Of a stretch of 64,000 nucleotides of DNA, positions 12,655-23,869 are shown one piece after another. The DNA is from the human T2T-CHM13v2.0 reference genome, Homo sapiens: NCBI RefSeq assembly GCF_009914755.1, contig NC_060935.1, one strand, 5' to 3'. A program made the translations under genes and the position numbers. The number at the start of each line of letters is the position of its first letter. The stretch's first letter is position 1. The notes beneath the pieces are model-generated. The model did not search any database. It worked only from the letters and a program-made list of their open reading frames with translations, and was not told the DNA's origin.

Positions 12655-13397
12655 TCACTTAATCCTTCTGAACTTTATTTCAGACTGTGGTGATATTGGA
12701 GATATCAATAAAATTCACCATGTATCAAAAGCACACCACTTGCCAGGAAGAGTTCTAAGTTATTTCATGCATTCTCTGCAATCATAATCCCCCAGAAGGT
12801 GGCTATCACTAGCTCCATTTTACAGGAAAGCTAAGAGTTCCATGGAGGCAAGATTTCACCCAGATCTTCCTGACTCAAGTCTCATGCTCTGTCTCCATCC
12901 CTCAGTGCCTCTCAGGATGGTAATGATCTTGGGGGTGAAAATGCTTATGTGGTTAGTGATAACAGGTGCTTAGGATCTCCCCGAGGGAGGGGACTTTTTC
13001 TCTCTTCTCCATTCTGTATCCCCAAAGCCCAGAACACTGCACATAAGTGCCTGGCACATAAGTGATGCTCAGTAAACAGTGAATAAAAGAAAGGATGGGT
13101 AGAGGGAGGGGGCTGCAGGATGAGGTCCCTTCATGATGAGTTGCCATGCGAGGGCATTGATGGAGGACACTGCGCCCTGGTGGTTATGGGGATTATGGGT
13201 TATGGGGTGGTGACGTGGCTTTAAGGATGCTGGCATGGGACAGTGACAGCAATAGTGAACCACTGTGATTGAGGCATTGGCAGTGGGCAGGATCACGATG
13301 GCAAGAATAATTTCCTCTTTGAGACCAATCTGGATCAGTAAGGGTGTCCTGAGCAGCCTCACTCCCCACCCACCTTCTGCGCCCTCTACAGCCCTGC

Positions 13398-13478
13398 CTT
13401 CCTCGGGAGGCTGAGGCAGCTTGGGCGCAGCTCAGGGTCTGAGCCCACTTCACACTTCTTCAGCCACACCCAGTCTCC
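13398..13478 (-). pseudogene. GUCY2EP: Exon 8-equivalent; GC donor
   Basis: 81 nt, aacag|GDWVWLKKCEVGSDPELRPSCLSLPRK|gcagg. GDWVWLKK is the kinase-homology start motif of sensory GCs. Confidence 0.9.
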
Positions 13479-14816
13479 CTGTTCAAGGAAGAGCAAGAGT
13501 TTAGCTGCTGCTGCTCCTCAGCTGTGGGACCTCAGGAAAACCCCTCTACCTCTCTCAGCTCAGTTTCTTCCCCATCAACGCATTCCTTCTGTGTGTTCTG
13601 AGCCAGGCACAGCCTGGTGAGCGGAAACATTTGCTATAAGCCGGGCAGAGCCAAGGGCCGGGCTTTGGCTGATGGACTCCAGTTCCAGTCCTGACACCAC
13701 CACTTTCCAACTCTGTGACCTGGGGTGGGTGACTTCAGTTCTCTGAGCTGCAGGTTCCAAATCTGTAAAGTGAGGATGATAGCACCCACCCACATCTCAG
13801 GGGCTTAATGAGATGGTGGGTATCAAGTATGCTCGCCCCTGGTCTACAGCTTTGCCCTGCAGGCCTCAGGCCCTCATGACACCCCTAACCCTGTGAACTG
13901 CTTGGGTGGGGAGCTCTGTGACCTGGGGATTCATGGTGAGGAGAGAGGGGCGGGTGGGAGAGGAGGGGTCCCAGGTGGGGGCTCTGCCCTTGCCTTGGCC
14001 TGGCCCAGAGCTAGCTGTAACCTTGGCCTTCTCTCTTCCATCACTGATGGGTTTTGCCTCTCAGCCTCACCTACAGCCCGTCAGCCAACTCGGAGAAGCA
14101 GACAAAACACTCTTTGAACACCATTAAAGCCTCCTTGCAGCAGAAAAGAAAAAAAGATGGAATTCCCTCAGGGGACAGGTAGAAAAGAAGGAGCAAGCAG
14201 CTCATGTTGCCTCTGTAGAAACAACTAGCCCGGCTCATCTACCGTGAGAGTCTTGGTGTAGGTGAATCATAGCAACCATGAATTGTTGAACTTGAGAATG
14301 ACAGCACCTGAGAAATGGCGGCATCCTCAGCGTCCTGAGATCTTGCTGAGCTCACCTCTGACCGCCCAGCCTCCCTGCCAGCTGGTGGCCCCGGCTCTGC
14401 CCGAGGCTATCCTGGGCTGGGTGCTGCCCCCACATGTCAGGGCCTGGGAGACCCAGGATCTCACCTTACCTAAGCAGGCAGGAGGGTGACCTAGGCTGGC
14501 CTTGGTCCCTAAGAAAGGCCCTGGGCTGAGCCGCACCGGCAGCATTGAGGGCCAAGGGCCTGGGAACTGGCTGTTCCTTCAGGTCAGATGATGAACCATG
14601 CTGGGCCAGGAGCTGGGGTTCTACTTCCCACTCCTAGCCCTGCTGCCAACTTGCCAAGGGACCCAGGAAAGGCACTGCTCCTATCTGGGCCTCAGTTTCT
14701 CAGTCTGTAACAGGAGTAGGCCATACAGAGGCCCAAGAGGTTATGGGCTCCCTCGGCTTCTCCCAAACGGACTGCAGCTGCCTAGGCCTGGGCATAGGGG
14801 TGGCAGAGGCCCTCGC

Positions 14817-14939
14817 TTGGTACAGGGCCACATTGGTGGGTTCCCGGGGGGCTGGCAGACTCTTTGCTGACCCCTGGGCCACTGACCTCAGGCTCCCACC
14901 ATCCGCCACACTTCTCCATTCACCATCCACATGCAGCCT
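14817..14939 (-). pseudogene. GUCY2EP: Exon 7-equivalent; GC donor
   Basis: 123 nt, ctccag|RLHVDGEWRSVADGGSLRSVAQGSAKSLPAPREPTNVALYQ|gcgagg. Ends in the TNVALYQ motif that precedes GDWVW. Confidence 0.85.
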
Positions 14940-15023
14940 CTGGAGGGGGCAGCCGTGGTCAGGAGCGTAGACTGGGCCTCTGTCTGCTGTCCGCCCACTC
15001 AGCTTAGCCCCTGCCCTACCCAC

Positions 15024-15120
15024 CTGTCTGTTCAGGGGTGGATGGATGAAGGTGAGCTCCTGGGCTGTCAGCAGGATCCGGTGGGGGCCCCACACCAGCT
15101 GCAGCTGCTGGATGCCCAAA
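15024..15120 (-). pseudogene. GUCY2EP: Exon 6-equivalent, juxtamembrane
   Basis: 97 nt, ctccag|T + LGIQQLQLVWGPHRILLTAQELTFIHPPLNRQ|gtggg. Matches the GPxxILLTxxxLTF motif. Confidence 0.87.
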
Positions 15121-16825
15121 CTGGAGGCAAGAGAAGGGGCAGGGCAGTGGGAGTGATGCCAACGCCCCCTCCCAGCCTCAGTCTGGCCTCTGACTCAGAG
15201 CCGTCACCTTTCCTCTCCCCGTTTCCATTTCTGTCTCACTGTCAGTCCCAGCTGGGCCAGGAGGGCACTGAACACTGTCTTCACACAGGCCCTCTGCCTC
15301 GGGCTCGGGTCTGGAACCCCTGGGCCTGATGCATCTGCTGGTCCCCAGTCGCAACGTTCCCAAGTTGCCAAGAGTCCTCGTGGGGCAGCCCAGAGAGGGC
15401 TGGGATTGGAAGGCTGCCCGCTTCCAGATGCGCCTGAGACTCAGGGATGGTTTGGATTCAGGAACACACAGGAATTTAGACCCCAGGGAGAATTGTTTTC
15501 AAAGCTGGAGGGCCCCTGGGAGTCATTCTGGCCAACCCCATCACTATACAGATGGGGAGCCTGAAGCTCAGGGTGTGGAGCACGTCCAGGGTCATGGGCT
15601 TCTTCCTCAAGTCTCAAACGGACCTTCTCAGGAGGCAGCCAGGGCCTTGACAAGTCCTGGCTGGGGCTCTGGGACGGACAGGAGCACCGGGGGCCCTAGG
15701 GTCCTGGGAGATGGAGGCTGGGAAAGCCCCCTGTAGACTGCCGGGGCTGAGCACACAGAAGGGAGGCCCCGTGGGGTAGGAGCCCTCTGCAGGCCTCTCC
15801 CCATAAGGCCACCAAAGTGATTTTTAAAGGCTTAAATCAAATCATTTCTTACTCAAACCCCACTGATGGTTTCCCATTTTACTTACAATAAGTTCAGACT
15901 CCTCGTGGCCCACAAAGCCTCACATGCTCAGGCCCCAAGCTCATCTCAAATTCCTGTCTCATCACCCATGACAGCTCAGCCACTCCACACTCCTTCCTTC
16001 GTTTTCCTCCATCAATTGGAGCTCGTTCTGCCTCAGGCCCTTTGCACTTGCTGCTTCCCCTGACTGGTCACTCTTCATCCAGATGCTCATCTAGCTGCTT
16101 CCTTACTATTTGGAGCTCAGCTCAAGTGCCACCCCCCAAGTGGGCTTCCCTGCCCATCTAGCTCTTGTTGGCCACTACTCCATCCTGCTCCTCTATCATT
16201 GTATCCTGTTCTGTTTTCTCGGTGGCATTATCACTATGGGAATTTAGCTATCTGGTTATTTGGTTATCGCCTGTCTCGCCCTAACAGAATAGAAACTCCT
16301 TAAAGGCCAGGTCTGTCTTGTTCACCACTGTCTTCCTGACACCAGACGTAGTGGCGCATGAGAGGGACTCAGTCCACATCTGTCAGATAAATGACTGCCT
16401 GAATGGCCCACCATCAGCATCCACATCCGTCACCACCTCCAGGCACTGCTGTCTTCTTAACACCAAGAAACGGGCATCCCCAGGAGACCCAAGTTCACTG
16501 AGTCCTGTAAGCCAAGCCAGGCCAGCAGCTGCGTCCCCCACCACTAACTCTCTTCAGAATCACAGCAATGACTACAGAAAATCTTCCCCTCTCTCCCACT
16601 CTCCCATGCTCCCAACACTTTCCCCTTCTGATCTTTGTCATTTGCTAGAGAGATGCAGAGCCAGGAGAGGAGAAATGTGTATAAGAGAAAGAGCAGCTGG
16701 GCCAGAAATGAGAATTTCAGGGACTGAGAGAGCTGGAGGTAGATAAATAGAAGCAGAAGAGACACAGAGGAACACTGACAAGGCAGGCCAAAAAGGTGAG
16801 TGATATGGGGAAGAACAGAGACATG

Positions 16826-17149
16826 CGGGAGTCCCCCCTTATCTGCAATTTCTCTTTCCATGGTTTCAGCTACCCACAGTCAATCAGGGTCTCAAAATAT
16901 TAAGATATTTTGAAAGAGGCAGAAAGACCACATCCACTAATTCATATTACAATATATTGTTATAATTGTTCTATTTTATTATTTAGTTATTGTTGTTAAT
17001 CTCTTACCGTGCCTAATTTATAAATTAGACTTTATTATAGGTATGTAGGTATAGGAAACGCAGCATATATAGAGTTTAGTACCATCCACGGCATCAGGCA
17101 TCCGCTGGGGGTCTGGGAACATGTCCCCAGTGGATAAGGGGGACTACTG
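16826..17149 (+). mobile_element. MER44A-like (Tigger-derived) MITE
   Basis: TIRs cgggagtccccccttatc and gataaggggggactactg-like; the AT-rich body matches recalled MER44A. Confidence 0.8.
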
Positions 17150-17152
17150 CAG

Positions 17153-17380
17153 ACATACACATATACATACACATATACATATACATACACATATACATAT
17201 ACATATACACATACATATACATATACATACACATATACATATACATATACACATACATATACATATACATACACATATACATATACATATACACATACAC
17301 ATACATACACATACACATACACATACACGTATACGTATACGTACACGTACACGTACACGTACACGTACACGTACACGTAC

Positions 17381-17433
<53 letters not shown>

Positions 17434-17448
17434 CACACATACACATAC
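17153..17448. repeat. (ACATAT)n/(ACACGT)n alternating purine-pyrimidine microsatellite
   Basis: About 300 bp of strict RY alternation; CpG-containing units at ~17327-17380. Confidence 0.95.
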
Positions 17449-17540
17449 AAGAAGGAGAAAGCGATTGACCACACCCAGGGACTAGGCAGAGAGATACTTT
17501 GTCAAAAAGAGGTCATGTGCCCATGGTGGAGATGGGCCTG

Positions 17541-17890
17541 AGCACGTGCACCCCTGCCCCGGACCCCCACTCAAGGCATTCGGGGTCTGCACGAGGAGCA
17601 CACCTACCTGAGCGTGTGCACCCCTGCCCCGGACCCCCACTCAAGGCATTCGGGGTCTGCACGAGGAGCATACCTACCTGACCGCGTGCACCCCTGCCCC
17701 GGACCCCCACTCAAGGCATTCGGGGTCTGCACAAGGAGCATGCCTACCTGACCGCGTGCACCCCTGCCCCGGACCCCCACTCAAGGCATTCGGGGTCTGC
17801 ACAAGGAGCATACCTACCTGAGCGCGTGCACCCCTGCCCCGGACCCCCACTCAAGGCATTTGGGGTCTGCACGAGGAGCACACCTACCTG
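17541..17890. repeat. Minisatellite, 5 x 70 bp, overlapping the exon-3 splice donor
   Basis: Units start at 17541, 17611, 17681, 17751 and 17821 (a(g/c)c..gtgcacccctgccccggacccccactcaaggcatt...cctacctg) and are near-identical. Confidence 0.97.
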
Positions 17891-18185
17891 CTCTGGCTCA
17901 AGGTGGGCAGCCGCCTCTCCATCAGGCCGGGCAGCAGCAAAGGCCTTGTCTATGGGGCCAGACTCCTGGCTGATGGTGAGCACTGCATCATAGGCCTCCT
18001 GCAGGGGTCCACCAGTGCCGAGAGACAGGTAGGAGCGGTTGCAGTAGGACAGGGAGAAGAGCAGCATGTCATAGGGCAGGAAGACTAATCTCCCATCCAC
18101 CAGGCCCTCGGCCCAGGCACACGGCTCAGCAGGGTGGTCATCTCCAAGCCCCCCAGCACCGCCGAGTGCATCCACAGCACCACAA
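17888..18185 (-). pseudogene. GUCY2EP: Exon 3-equivalent, extracellular domain; frameshift near 18120
   Basis: ccccag|VVLWMHSAVLGGLEMTTLLSR, then a shift (extra GT) to AWAEGLVDGRLVFLPYDMLLFSLSYCNRSYLSLGTGGPLQEAYDAVLTIS...LEPEQ|gtagg. Length 298 nt. Confidence 0.9.
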
Positions 18186-18542
18186 CTGGGGCCAGAGGTG
18201 GCAGGGTCACCTTTGCAGGCCCAGTTCCACTGTGGCCTGCCCTGAAGCCCACAGTTCTCTAGCCCTGGAGAGCTGCTCGGAACTCCCGGGCACCCGCTCT
18301 GCTGCCACCCCACCCCCATCCCCACTGGCCTAGCAAAGGTAGAATTTCCCTTTAATCTGCCCCCCATAACAATAACAGCCAAGGCCACCAAATCTGAGTT
18401 TGATCTGATGAAAAACATCCCTTTAATGGAGGATAGATTTGTATTAATATGGCCCTCCCGGCCTGTCTGCCCAATCATTTTGACCAACGTCCTGCCCTAC
18501 CCAACTCCACTGGCCCTGACAATTGTGAATATGTATTGATAG

Positions 18543-18782
<240 letters not shown>

Positions 18783-18911
18783 TAAGAAGCATGTTGACCA
18801 TTATCTCTATTTTTTTAGAGGAGCAGTTGGGGAGCTGCTCAGGACTCATAACCACCACAGTGGTACAGCTAGAATTTGAACCCAGGCAGGTTGGCTCCCA
18901 GCTTATAATCC

Positions 18912-19670
18912 TTTTTTTTCTTTTTTAAAGAATTTTTTTTAAATTGAGATACATATAAAATTCATTCTTTTAAAAAATGTACAATAAAGTGGTTTTAGTA
19001 TATTCACCAAGTTATGTAACCATCACCACCATTGAATTATAGAACGCTTTTATCACCCCAGAAATAAACCCATTAGCAGTTGCTCCCCATTCCTCCCTCC
19101 CTCAACTCCAGTCAACCATGAATCTGCTTTTTGTCTCTATGGATTTGCCTATTCTGGACATGTCATACAAATGCACATAATACATGGTACTTTGTGTGTG
19201 GCTTCTTTTTTTTTTTCTTCTTCTTTTTTTTTGACAGGGTCTCACTCTGTCACCCAGGCTGGAGTGCAGTGACATGAACTCAGCTCACTGCAAACTCCAC
19301 CCTCTGGGTTCAAGAGATTCTCCTGCCTCAGCCTCCTGAGTAGCTGGGATTCCAGGCACCCGCCAGCACACCTGGCTAATTTTTGTATTCTGGTTAATTT
19401 TTGTATTTTTAGTAGAGATGGGGTTTTACCATGTTGGTCAGGTTAGTCTCGAACTCCTGACCTCGTGATCCACCCACCCACCCCGCCCCCACTCCGGTCC
19501 TCTCAAAATGCTGGGATTACAGGGGTGAGCCACCGTGCCTGGCCTGTGTCTGGCTTCTTTGACTTAGAGTAATGCTTTCCAGGTTCGTCCTTATTGCAGC
19601 ATACGTCAGTACTTCATTCCTTTTCGTGGCTGCATAATACTCACTGTATGATAGGCCGCATTTTGCTTAT
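18912..19670 (-). mobile_element. Old L1 (L1M) 3' end, interrupted by an Alu
   Basis: gtggttttagtatattcac...aaccatgaatctgctttttgtctctatggatttgcctattctggaca, typical of L1M 3' UTRs. Confidence 0.75.
19209..19544 (-). mobile_element. Full-length AluS with TSD
   Basis: Both arms present. TSD tgtgtgtggcttcttt / tgtgtctggcttcttt. Confidence 0.93.
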
Positions 19671-21148
19671 CATCATCGGCTTGTAATCTTAACCTTGGCC
19701 CTGGGTGGCATCCTTAAGGTCTAAGTAGACACAGATACATGCATCTCTACCTTAGTAAGAGAAGTAGCCCTGAATAATAAAGCTGCCAATTTCACCCCCA
19801 GGCCCCAGGACAGAAGGGAGCCCTTGCCAAGGTCGGGGTCCACACTTGATTTCCTTTGCATCTTTTCCGTCTTCCCCACTTGGGTCCTGACCAGCACGGC
19901 AATCGCAGCCACAAAAGGGCCACCACTTGTTTGGGATGTGGCCTGGGTTCTCACTGCACTCCCTTTTTGCAGAAAACTCAGGAAGGCTGAGGGTCTCCTT
20001 GCTGGAGCCTGAAGACCCCTCATCACATGGACTTCAGGGCCTGCAGCCCTGGCTTCCGCTGAGCCTCTGGGGACCCGTACTGTGGGGGCCACAAGCCCAC
20101 CCCCTCCATGTCTTAGATAGTGCGGGAGGTCCTCAAAGAGAGGCCCACGAGGACTGAGTGGAAACAGAAGCTGGGCCTGTGTCCCATTTGCTCTGCTGGG
20201 CCGACTTCCCAAACGCCCTTTCTCTTGAGGGTTGGAAGCGCTGTTCTGTATTTGGCCACGCGGGGGAGCTGCTCCGCACAGCTCAGGACTAAGCCACCTC
20301 ACGGGAAACGCCAGCGCGGGCTGCAAGCTGTGCCGCTGTGTGAAGGCACGGTCCTGAGCCTGCTATCTGCAGTGGATCAGCTTCATGCCATTAGTGAAGA
20401 AACCATAGCACAGAGAGGATTAGTGACTTGCCTGAGGTCACATGGGTGCGGGATGGGGTGGAGGGGGCGGCAGTGGGACTCCCTGCAGTCTGACTCCAGA
20501 GAGTGTGCCCCTCACCCCTCTGCCTCCTGGCTCCTGAGAGCCAGCACTGTGGCTGGAGCTCAGTCCCCCGCAGCACGGGTGGAGAAGGAGTCTGAGGGTC
20601 TCCCCACCCACTGCTGCCAGGCTCTGGCCATGCAGAGCCAAACTGTTGACGTTCTCCCGGTCCTGCTGGCATGCTACCTCCACGCCTTTGCACAAGCTGG
20701 AGTGCCCTCTGCCTGGAATGCCTTTCCCCGTCAGCTCCACTCCAAAATCAATTTCTCATCATCAGGCCCTGTCCAATGTCACCCCTTCTGTGAAGCCCTC
20801 CACATCTCCAAGCAGATCAGCAGCTCCAGCCTCTGGGCTCCCCTGTGCCCTGCATACACACCTGTCTCCCACCAGACTCAGGCTGCTCACGGCTGGGGCC
20901 CAGCCAGATCCTGCCTGTGTCCCCAGAGTACAGCCAAGGTCAGGCAGACTGTGCCCTGCAGTAAGAGATACATTTTACCTTGGTAGACTCACGAGACTGA
21001 CTGTATAGAACTTGAGTACCCTGAAAGGACGTCTCTCAGAACCACTTACCCTTGCTACCTGCAATGCGGTCTCATAGTTACTACTGTTATTCCTATCTAT
21101 TTTAGTTTATTCTGCTCAATTCTGTTCTTCTCTTTTTCTATTCCACTC

Positions 21149-21312
21149 TCTTTTTTTCTTTTTTTCCTTGAGACGGAGTTTCGCTCTTGTTGCCCAGGCT
21201 GGAGTGCAATGGCGCGATCTCAGCTTACCACAATCTCCACCTCCCGGGTAAGCAATTCTCTTGCCTCAGCCTCCTGAGTAGCTGGGACTAGAGGCACACA
21301 CAGCCACGCCCA
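21149..21312 (-). mobile_element. Alu right-arm fragment
   Basis: gagacggagtttcgctcttgttgcccaggctggagtgcaatggcgcgatctc. Confidence 0.88.
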
Positions 21313-22937
21313 GAGGCCCTGACAAGGACTTTTTACCCCCTTTTACAGAGGAGGAAACTGTGGCTCTGGGTGGGACAGTGACTTGTCCAAGGTCTCATCA
21401 AATGTTAGGACTGAACTTGGACCAGAGCTTGGCTTCCTGCCTCCTAGCCAAAGGCAAAAATCACCTCTTTTTACTGACACCTGGAACATCAGAGCTGAAG
21501 GATCCTTGGAGATATAAACCTCTAAATCAATTCCTCTGTGTACAGATAAGGAGACAGGCACAGAAAGGAGCATGGGTAGCCCTCAGTCCCACAAAGCTGC
21601 AGCAGGCTCCCCTGGCCTGAGGTCTTGCTGGCCATGCTCAGTATCCGGAGAACTCTGCAGTGGATGGCCAGCAGGGGCTCACAGAGGGCTGAAGATCTTA
21701 GCAGGCCAGCACTGGGCCAAGGCAGGAGCTGCTTTTAATCCCAGTTCTGCCACTGATTTATGGGACAGAGTCTACAACCCGTTCTGTGCCTCAGTTTTCC
21801 CAGCTGTACAGGGAGAGCTTGGCTTAGACATTTAGGTTTCCAAAGATCATTCAGGTCTGATGTTCTACATGTTTACAAAAATCCAGAGACAGGTGGTTTT
21901 TGTCCCTTAGGCTGGCCACATCTCCTCTCCCAACCCTTCTCCCAAGAGTGTGTGAGCCTCTAGTGCCTCCACCTCTGGGCACAATAGACTAATGTGCCAC
22001 CCTCCTGGGGAGAGACCATTTGTATTTTTAGACTCAGGGAGATGGGCCCCAAGGATTAGCCACAGACTGCTTGACTCATAGAGCCAAGCTCCTCGAATTA
22101 GTCAACTCCACAGCCCCATAATCTCCAAAAGTTGAAGATGCCTTTAGCTGCACTAACACATGAATGACCAAAATAGGGAAGGTGACAGGAACCTGGGGAA
22201 GGGGGATGGGGGATTCCTGTCATAGTCAGGGGCCCTGCAGCCCCTGCAGCCAAGGGTCATCCTTCTGTCCTTCAACCTGGTGCCTCTTACCTTCTTCCCG
22301 AGCAAGCTCCCCACAGACGGACCTGCAACTCTGCATTGTTGGAGCTGACTTGTTGCCTGTTGGTAGGCCCTAAGGTTCCTGCAACAGGGTCCTTAGATGT
22401 CAAGCTCTTAGAGTAGACTCTGGCCTGAGGGGGTCCTTTCCCCCAACAGCCTGTACGCTCACCACTCCTCTGCCTGTGACTTTCAGACCCTGCTCCCTGG
22501 GAAGAGCCTCCTACATGGCTCATTCCCTATCTGTCCCTCTCAGGAGCCTGAATAAGGCACTTGGAAAATTAGATCTGTTCAGACCCCAGTGCTCTGGGGA
22601 GCCACAAGCAGAAAGGAAGAAGGGAATAAAATAAAGAGAGACACATAGAGGGGGATGGAGAAAGAGAGGAGAGGTCTTCAGCACTCCGGACAGCTCCAGA
22701 CCTGGTTGGGGGCAGCTCCCAGGAGGAAGGATGGGCAAGCACTAAAGAAACCCTTAGTTTATTTGAACCTCTGCTGTGTGCCAGTCCCTGTGCTAGGCAC
22801 CATTCACACAACCCACGGAGACAGGCATTACTATTATCCTCACCTTATAAAGTATGGCCCAGAGAAGTTAGGTGATTTGACCAAGGGCACAGAGCTGGTA
22901 AGCGGCAGGGCTGACTGTAGGTCTGGGCTTTGCTCAT

Positions 22938-23310
22938 GGATACAATGTGTAATGATCAAGTCAGGGTAACTGGAATATCCATCACCTCAAACATTTATCT
23001 TTTCTTTGTGTTGGGAACATTAAAATTCTTCTCTCTAGCTATTTTGAAATATATAATAAATTACTGTGAACTATAATTTCTCTGCTGCAGTATCGAACAC
23101 TAGAACTTATTCCTTCTACATAGCTGTATTTGTGTACCCTTTAACCAATTTTTCTTCATTTCCCTTCTTCCCACTTCCATTCCCAGTCTCTGGTAACCAT
23201 CATTCTACCTTCTACCTCCATGAGATCCACTTTTTAAGCTCCCACATATGAGTGAGAACACCCAATATTTGTCTTTCTGTGCTGGACTTACTTCACTTCA
23301 CATAAGACCT
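22938..23310 (-). mobile_element. L1MA-type 3' end fragment
   Basis: gtaatgatcaagtcagggtaactggaatatccatcacctcaaacattt...ctcccacatatgagtgagaaca. Confidence 0.8.
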
Positions 23311-23869
23311 AGAATAGAGGCCACTCCTTTCTGGGGTGAACACTTAAGTGGAGATAGAGACCTCAGTCCATGGGCTCCAGCCCCTCCCTCTTCCGCTTGC
23401 TTTCTCCTATCTAGGTAAAGTTAGCTTTTACTAGGTGCACTCAGCATCCACTCTATGCTAGGGTTATGCATACCCATCTCATTTAACCTTTATAGCAACC
23501 TAGTGAAGGGATTACTGTCTTTTGCTTTCTTCATGTCACTTTATTCATTCAACAAATGTTTACTGAGTGTCCTCATCATGGTTCTGCCAAGGGGCCAGGC
23601 TTCCATCCACCCCGACCTCCCACCCCTAATTCCTGTTTTCCCTCTTGCTCCCTTCCATGTTTCAGACACTGTTCTAAACACTTGAGCTAAATCAACCAAC
23701 AAACAAATTTAAAAGAACAAAAAATAAGATTTTTGCCCCTCGCAGAGCTTACTTTCTAGCAGGGCAGGGAAAGATGTGTTAGTAAACAAAAAATAAACAT
23801 AATAAGTAAGTAGACATATTTTTAGTGTTTGAAAGTGATAGGTGCTATTAAAAAAAGAAGGGTAATAAT

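Noticed and set aside
17035-17474. VY-, MY-, HI- and CI-dipeptide ORFs
   Set aside because: Microsatellite translation artefacts.
17541-17890. Regularly spaced repeats resembling a CRISPR array
   Set aside because: Units are contiguous with no unique spacers, there are no cas genes, and the context is eukaryotic. It is a minisatellite.
17744-18487. 247-aa ORF as an intact gene
   Set aside because: It is a chance fusion of intron sequence, part of frameshifted exon 3 and VNTR units.
19721-20986. 201-aa (-) and 288-aa (+) ORFs
   Set aside because: No recognisable domain; GC-rich and partly MIR/L2-like sequence.
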